From the NCBI GenBank assembly GCA_964016885.1, contig OZ024740.1, positions 290,346,001-290,410,000 of the forward strand: 64,000 nt of DNA. Direction: 5' to 3'. This DNA is from Eledone cirrhosa. Lineage: Eukaryota. This document shows, piece after piece, positions 61,101-64,000 of the stretch (within the stretch, counting starts at the first letter, position 1; the number at the start of each line of letters is the position of its first letter). The notes below the pieces were generated by a model. That model ran no database searches and was not told the origin of the DNA. It saw only the letters and a list, made by a program, of their open reading frames with translations. Both the position numbers and the translations under genes were made by a program.

Positions 61101-64000
61101 TGCTGTTGGTGTTGTTGATGTTGTCATTGATATTGCTGTTATTACTGATGTTATTACTCTTTCTTCTGATGTTGGAGTTGTTGATGTTGTCATTGATATT
61201 GCTGTTATTACTGTTGTTGTTACTCTTACTTCTGCTGTTGGTGTTGTTGATGTTGTCATTGATATTGCTGTTATTACTGATGTTATTACTCTTGCTTCTG
61301 ATGTTGGAGTTCTTGATGTTGTCATTGATATTGCTGTCATTGCTGTTGTTGTTACTCTTCCTTCTGTTGTTGGAGTTGTTGATGTTGTCATTGATATTGC
61401 TGTTATTACTGTTGTTGTTACTCTTGCTTCTGTTGTTGGAGTTGTTGATGTTGTCATTGATATTGCTGTTATTACTGTTGTTGTTACTCTTCCTTCTGTT
61501 GTTGGAGTTGTTGATGTTGTCATTGATATTGCTGTTATTGCTGTTGTTCTTACTCTTGCTTCTGTTGTTGGAGTTGTTGATGTTGTCATTGATATTGCTG
61601 TTATTACTGTTATTGTTACTCTTCCTTCTGTTGTTGGAGTTGTTGATGTTGTCATTGATATTGCTGTTATTACTGATGTTGTTACTCTTCCTTCTGTTGT
61701 TGGAGTTGTTGATGTTGTCATTGATATTGCTGATATTACTGTTGTTGTTACTCTTCCTTCTGCTGTTGGAGTTGTTGATGTTGTCATTGATATTGCTGTT
61801 ATTACTGTTGTTGTTACTCTTCCTTCTGTTGTTGGAGTTGTTGATGTTGTCATTGATATTGCTGTTATTACTGATGTTATTACTCTTGCTTCTGTTGTTG
61901 GAGTTGTTGATGTTGTCATTGATATTGCTGTTATTACTGTTGTTCTTACCCTTGCTTCTGTTGTTGGAGTTGTTGATGTTGTCATTGATATTGCTGTTAT
62001 TACTGATGTTATTACTCTTGCTTCTGTTGTTGGAGTTGTTGATGTTGTCATTGATATTGCTGTTATTACTGATGTTATTAGTCTTGCTTCTGTTGTTGGA
62101 GTTGTTGATGTTGTCATTGATATTGTTGTTATTACTGTTGTTGTTACTCTTACTTCTGCTGTTGGTGTTGTTGATGTTGTCATTGATATTGCTGTTATTA
62201 CTGTTGTTGTTACTCTTCCTTCTGTTGTTGGATTTGTTGATGTTGTCATTGATATTGCTGTTATTGCTGTTGTTCTTACTCTTGCTTCTGTTGTTGGAGT
62301 TGTTGATGTTGTCATTGATATTGCTGATATTACTGTTGTTGTTACTCTTCCTTCTGCTGTTGGAGTTGTTGATGTTGTCATTGATATTGCTGTTATTACT
62401 GTTGTTGTTACTCTTCCTTCTGTTGTTGGAGTTGTTGATGTTGTCATTGATATTGCTGTTATTACTGTTGTTGTTACTCTTGCTTCTGTGGATGGAGTTG
62501 TTGATGTTGTCATTGATATTGCTGTTATTACTGTTGTTGTTACTCTTCCTTCTGTTGTTGGAGTTGTTGATGTTGTCATTGATATTGCTGTTATTGCTGT
62601 TGTTCTTACTCTTGCTTCTGTTGTTGGAGTTGTTGATGTTGTCATTGATATTGCTGTTATTACTGTTATTGTTACTCTTCCTTCTGTTGTTGGAGTTGTT
62701 GATGTTGTCATTGATATTGCTGTTATTACATTTGTTGTTACTCTTCCTTCTGTTGTTGGAGTTGTTGATGTTGTCATTGATATTGCTGATATTAGTTTTG
62801 TTGTTACTCTTCCTTCTGCTGTTGGAGCTGTTGATGTTGTCATTGATATTGCTGTAATTACTGTTGTTGTTACTCTTACTTCTGCTGTTGGTGTTGTTGA
62901 TGTTGTCATTGATATTGCTGTTATTACTGATGTTATTACTCTTGCTTCTGATGTTGGAGTTCTTGATGTTGTCATTGATATTGCTGTTATTACTGTTGTT
63001 GTTACTCTTACTTCTGCTGTTGGTGTTGTTGATGTTGTCATTGATATTGCTGTTATTACTGATGTTATTACTCTTGCTTCTGATGTTGGAGTTCTTGATG
63101 TTGTCATTGATATTGCTGTCATTGCTGTTGTTGTTACTCTTCCTTCTGTTGTTGGAGTTGTTGATGTTGTCATTGATATTGCTGTTATTACTGTTGTTGT
63201 TACTCTTGCTTCTGTGGGTGGAGTTGTTGATGTTGTCATTGATATTGCTGTTATTACTGATGTTATTACTCTTGCTTCTGTTGTTGGAGTTGTTGATGTT
63301 GTCATTGATATTGCTGTTATTACTGATGTTATTACTCTTGCTTCTGTTGTTGGAGTTGTTGATGTTGTCATTGATATTGCTGTTATTTCTGTTGTTGTTA
63401 CTCTTGCTTCTGTTGTTGGAGTTGTTGATGTTGTCATTGATATTGCTGTTATTACTGATGTTATTACTCTTGCTTCTGTTGTTGGAGTTGTTGATGTTGT
63501 CATTGATATTGCTGTTATTACTGTTGTTGTTACTCTTGCTTCTGTTGTTGGAGTTGTTGATGTTGTCATTGATATTGCTGTTATTACTGACGTTATTACT
63601 CTTGCTTCTGTTGTTGGAGTTGTTGATGTTGTCATTGATATTGCTGTTATTACTGTTGTTCTTACCCTTGCTTCTGTTGTTGGAGTTGTTGATGTTGTCA
63701 TTGATATTGCTGTTATTACTGATGTTATTACTCTTGCTTCTGTTGTTGGAGTTGTTGATGTCATTGATATTGCTGTAATTACTGATGTTATTAGTCTTGC
63801 TTCTGTTGTTGGAGTTGTTGATGTTGTCATTGATATTGCTGTTATTGCTGTTGTTGTTACTCTTCCTTCTGTTGTTGTAGTTGTTGATGTTGTCATTGAT
63901 ATTGCTGTTATTACTGTTGTTGTTACTCTTGCTTCTGTGGGTGGAGTTGTTGATGTTGTCATTGATATTGCTGTTATTACTGTTGTTGTTACTCTTCCTT
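49104..64000 (-). CDS. Candidate mucin-like Thr/Ser/Pro-rich tandem-repeat coding segment (MTTSTTPTTEARVTTTVITAIS)n; 5' end outside window; coding status unproven
   Basis: 4952-codon ORF with no frameshift; 13 of 22 residues per unit are P/T/S. No signal peptide or folded domain is visible. It ends at a TGA made by a point change inside a unit, and other frames are also open. Confidence 0.3.
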   Translation of the reverse strand, partial: GRVTTTVITAISMTTSTTPPTEARVTTTVITAISMTTSTTTTTEGRVTTTAITAISMTTSTTPTTEARLITSVITAISMTSTTPTTEARVITSVITAISMTTSTTPTTEARVRTTVITAISMTTSTTPTTEARVITSVITAISMTTSTTPTTEARVTTTVITAISMTTSTTPTTEARVITSVITAISMTTSTTPTTEARVTTTEITAISMTTSTTPTTEARVITSVITAISMTTSTTPTTEARVITSVITAISMTTSTTPPTEARVTTTVITAISMTTSTTPTTEGRVTTTAMTAISMTTSRTPTSEARVITSVITAISMTTSTTPTAEVRVTTTVITAISMTTSRTPTSEARVITSVITAISMTTSTTPTAEVRVTTTVITAISMTTSTAPTAEGRVTTKLISAISMTTSTTPTTEGRVTTNVITAISMTTSTTPTTEGRVTITVITAISMTTSTTPTTEARVRTTAITAISMTTSTTPTTEGRVTTTVITAISMTTSTTPSTEARVTTTVITAISMTTSTTPTTEGRVTTTVITAISMTTSTTPTAEGRVTTTVISAISMTTSTTPTTEARVRTTAITAISMTTSTNPTTEGRVTTTVITAISMTTSTTPTAEVRVTTTVITTISMTTSTTPTTEARLITSVITAISMTTSTTPTTEARVITSVITAISMTTSTTPTTEARVRTTVITAISMTTSTTPTTEARVITSVITAISMTTSTTPTTEGRVTTTVITAISMTTSTTPTAEGRVTTTVISAISMTTSTTPTTEGRVTTSVITAISMTTSTTPTTEGRVTITVITAISMTTSTTPTTEARVRTTAITAISMTTSTTPTTEGRVTTTVITAISMTTSTTPTTEARVTTTVITAISMTTSTTPTTEGRVTTTAMTAISMTTSRTPTSEARVITSVITAISMTTSTTPTAEVRVTTTVITAISMTTSTTPTSEERVITSVITAISMTTSTTPTAEVRVTTTVITTISMTTSTTPTTEARLITSVITAISMTTSTTPTTEARVITSVITAISMTTSTTPTTEARVRTTVITAISMTTSTTPTTEARVITSVITAISMTTSTTPTTEARVTTTVITAISMTTSTTPTTEARVITSVITAISMTTSTTPTTEARVTTTEITAISMTTSTTPTTEARVITSVITAISMTTSTTPTTEARVITSVITAISMTTSTTPPTEARVTTTVITAISMTTSTTPTTEGRVTTTVITAISMTTSTAPTAEGRVTTKLISAISMTTSTTPTTEGRVTTTVITAISMTTSTTPTTEGRVTITVITAISMTTSTTPTTEARVRTTAITAISMTTSTTPTTEGRVTTTVITAISMTTSTTPPTEARVTTTVITAISMTTSTTPTTEGRVTTTVITAISMTTSTTPTAEGRVITTVISAISMTTSTTPTTEARVRTTAITAISMTTSTNPTTEGRVTTTVITAISMTTSTTPTAEVRVTTTVITTISMTTSTTPTTEARLITSVITAISMTTSTTPTTEARVITSVITAISMTTSTTPTTEARVRTTVITAISMTTSTTPTTEARVITSVITAISMTTSTTPTTEARVTTTVITAISMTTSTTPTTEARVITSVITAISMTTSTTPTTEARVTTTEITAISMTTSTTPTTELRVITSVITAISMTTSTTPTTEARVITSVITAISMTTSTTPPTEARVTTTVITAISMTTSTTPTTEGRVTTTVITAISMTTSTTPTAEGRVTTTVISAISMTTSTTPTTEARVRTTAITAISMTTSTNPTTEGRVTTRVITAISMTTSTTPTAEVRVTTTVITTISMTTSTTPTTEARLITSVITAISMTTSTTPTTEARVITSVITAISMTTSTTPTTEARVRTTVITAISMTTSTTPTTEARVITSVITAISMTTSTTPTTEARVTTTVITAISMTTSTTPTTEARVITSVITAISMTTSTTPTTEARVTTTEITAISMTTSTTPTTELRVITSVITAISMTTSTTPTTEARVITSVITAISMTTSTTPPTEARVTTTVITAISMTTSTTPTTEGRVTTTVITAISMTTSTAPTAEGRVTTKLISAISMTTSTTPPTEARVTTTVITAISMTTSTTPTTEGRVTTTVITAISMTTSTAPTAEGRVTTKLISAISMTTSTTPPTEARVTTTVITAISMTTSTTPTTEGRVTTTLITAISMTTSTTPTTEGRVTTTVITAISMTTSTTPTTEGRVTITVITAISMTTSTTPTTEARVRTTAITAISMTTSTTPTTEGRVTTTVITAISMTTSTTPPTEARVTTTVITAISMTTSTTPTAEGRVTTTVITAISMTTSTTPTAEGRVTITVITAISMTTSTTPTTEARVRTTAITAISMTTSTTPTTEARVTTTVITAISMTTSTTPTTEARVRTTAITIISMTTSTTPTTEGRVTTTVITAISMTTSTTTTTEGRVTTTVITAISITTSTTPTTEGRVTTTVITAISMTTSTTPTTEGRVTITVITAISMTTSTTPTTKARVTTTVITAISMTTSTTPPTEARVTTTVITAISMTTSTTPPREARVTTTVISAISMTTSTTPPTEARVTTTVITAISMTTSTTPPTEARVTTTVITAISMTTSTTPTTEARVTTTVITAISMTTSTTPPTEARVTTTVISAISMTTSTTPTTEARVTTTVITAISMTTSTTPTKEARVTITVITAISMTTSTTPTTEGRVTITVITAISMTTSTTPPREARVTTTVISAISMTTSTTPTTEARVTTTVITAISMTTSTTPTTEARVTTTVISAISMTTSTTPPTEARVTTTVITAISMTTSTTPPTEARVTTTVITAISMTTSTTPPTEARVTTTVITAISMTTSTTPTTEARVTTTVITAISMTTSTTPPTEARVTTTVITAISMTTSTTPPTEARVTTTVITAISMTTSTTPTTEARVTTTVITAISMTTSTTPTTEGRVTITVITAISMTTSTTPTTEARVRTTAITAISMTTSTTPTTEGRVTTTVITAISMTTSTTPTAEVRVTTTVITTISMTTSTTPTTEARLITSVITAISMTTSTTPTTEARVITSVITAISMTTSTTPTTEARVRTTVITAISMTTSTTPTTEARVITSVITSISMTTSTTPTTEARVTTTVITAISMTTSTTPTTEARVITSVITAISMTTSTTPTTEARVTTTEITAISMTTSTTPTTEARVITSVITAISMTTSTTPTTEARVITSVITAISMTTSTTPPTEARLTTTVITAISMTTSTTPTTEGRVTTTVITAISMTTSTAPTAEGRVTTKLISAISMTTSTTPITEGRVTTTLITAISMTTSTTPTTEGRVTITVITAISMTTSTTPTTEARVRTTAITAISMTTSTTPTTEGRVTTTVITAISMTTSTTPPTEARVTTTVITAISMTTSTTPTAEGRVTTTVITAISMTTSTTPTAEGRVTTTVISAISMTPSTTPTTEGRVTTSVITAISMTTSTTPTTEGRVTITVITAISMTTSTTPTTEARVTTTAITAISMTTSTTPTTEGRVTTTVITAISMTTSTTPTTEARVRTTAITIISMTRSTTPTTEGRVTTTVITAISMTTSTTPTTEGRVTITVITAISMTTSTTPTTKARVTTTVITAISMTTSTTPPTEARVTTTVITAISMTTSTTPPREARVTTTVITAISMTTSTTPTTEGRVTTTVITAISMTTSTTPTTEARVRTTVITAISMTTSTTPTTEGRVTTTVITAISMTTSTTPTTEGRVTITVITAISMTTSTTPTTKARVTTTVITAISMTTSTTPPTEARVTTTVITAISMTTSTTPPREARVTTTVITAISMTTSTTPPTEARVTTTVITAISMTTSTTPPREARVTTTVITAISMTTSTTPTAEARVTTTVISAISMTTSTTPPTEARVTTTVITAISMTTSTTPPTEARVTTTVITAISMTTSTTATTEARVTTTVITAISMTTSTTPPTEARVTTTVISAISMTTSTTPTTEARVTTTVITAISMTTSTTPTTEARVTTTVITAISMTTSTTPTTEARVTTTAMTAISMTTSRTPTSEARVITSVITAISMTTSTTPTAEARVTITVITAISMTTSTTPTTEARVTTTVITAISMTTSTTPTKEARVTTTVITALSMTTSTTPTAEVRVTTTVITAISMTTSTTPTIEARVTTTVISAISMTTSTTPTAEARVTTTVITAISMTTSTTPTTEGRVTTTVITAISMTTSTTPTTEGRVTITVITAISMTTSTTPTTEARVRTSVITAISMTTSTTPTAEARVTTTVITAISMTTSTTPTTEARVTTTVITAISMTTSTTPTKEARVTTTVITALSMTTSTTPTTEGRVTTTVITAISMTTSTTPPTEARVTTTVITAISMTTSTTPTTEGRVTTTVITAISMTTSTTPTAEGRVTTTVISAISMTTSTTPTTEGRVTTTVITAISMTTSTTPTTEGRVTITVITAISMTTSTTPTTEARVRTTAITAISMTTSTTPTTEGRVTTTVITAISMTTSTTPTTEARVRTTVITAISMTTSTTPTTEARVITSVITAISMTTSTTPTTEARVTTTVITAISMTTSTTPTTEARVITSVITAISMTTSTTPTTEARVTTSEITAISMTTSTTPTTKARVITSVITAISMTTSTTPTTEARVITSVITAISMTTSTTPPTEARVTTTVITAISMTTSTTPTTEGRVTTTVITAISMTTSTAPTAEGRVTTKLISAISMTTSTTPTTEGRVTTTLITAISMTTSTTPTTEGRVTITVITAISMTTSTSPKTEARVTTTLITTISMTTSTTPTTEASVTTSVITAISMTTSTSPKTEARVTTTVITAISMTKSTTPTTEASVTTTVITGISMTTSTTPKTEARVRTTVITEISMTTSTTPTTEARVTTTVITAISLTTSTTPTTEARVRTIVITAISMTSTTTPTTEGRITTTLIIAISITTSTTPSTEGRITTTLITAISMTTSTTPTTEASVTTTVITAISMTT

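Larger units (their letters stand above)
9489..64000. repeat. Giant 66-bp tandem array (about 825 units, runs off the window end)
   Basis: Period measured directly (GGA at 9525 and 9591; 22-residue period in all ORF translations). Consensus is 35 T, 16 G, 8 A, 7 C and has no CpG. Confidence 0.99.

Noticed and set aside
9321-63778. Huge poly-Leu and Val/Ile-rich plus-strand ORFs
   Set aside because: They are automatic consequences of a stop-free 66-bp unit. They are implausibly hydrophobic, have no domains, and one starts inside a SINE.
9489-64000. CRISPR array
   Set aside because: Units are contiguous with no unique spacers, there are no cas genes, and the context is eukaryotic.
9489-64000. 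Telomeric or centromeric identity of the array
   Set aside because: G/T strand bias is present, but there are no TTAGGG repeats and nothing in the window indicates chromosomal position.

Overview
Eukaryotic, AT-rich, repeat-dominated window with no recognisable intact host gene. The SINE families look like those of octopus/cephalopods; this is recognition from memory, not a search. Bases 1-9,490 are a transposon graveyard: two tRNA-type SINE families (several copies, some with target-site duplications), a decayed L1/Tx1-like LINE fragment, two mariner-type MITEs (one split by a 5'-truncated RTE insertion), local direct and inverted duplications, and microsatellites. From about 9,490 to the window end (at least 54.5 kb, roughly 825 units, open-ended) lies one tandem array of a 66-bp unit (consensus GTTGTTGATGTTGTCATTGATATTGCTGTTATTACTGTTGTTGTTACTCTTGCTTCTGTTGTTGGA). 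Four of the six frames of the consensus are stop-free, which explains the giant ORFs in the track. The most protein-like reading is the minus-strand mucin-type repeat MTTSTTPTTEARVTTTVITAIS, open for about 14.9 kb at 49,104-64,000 and about 10.9 kb at 30,710-41,630. The array also carries frameshifts and nonsense changes copied between higher-order duplications, and its substitutions mostly spare the wobble position. The sequence alone cannot decide between a giant or decaying mucin exon and a non-coding satellite grown from a degenerate trinucleotide tract.
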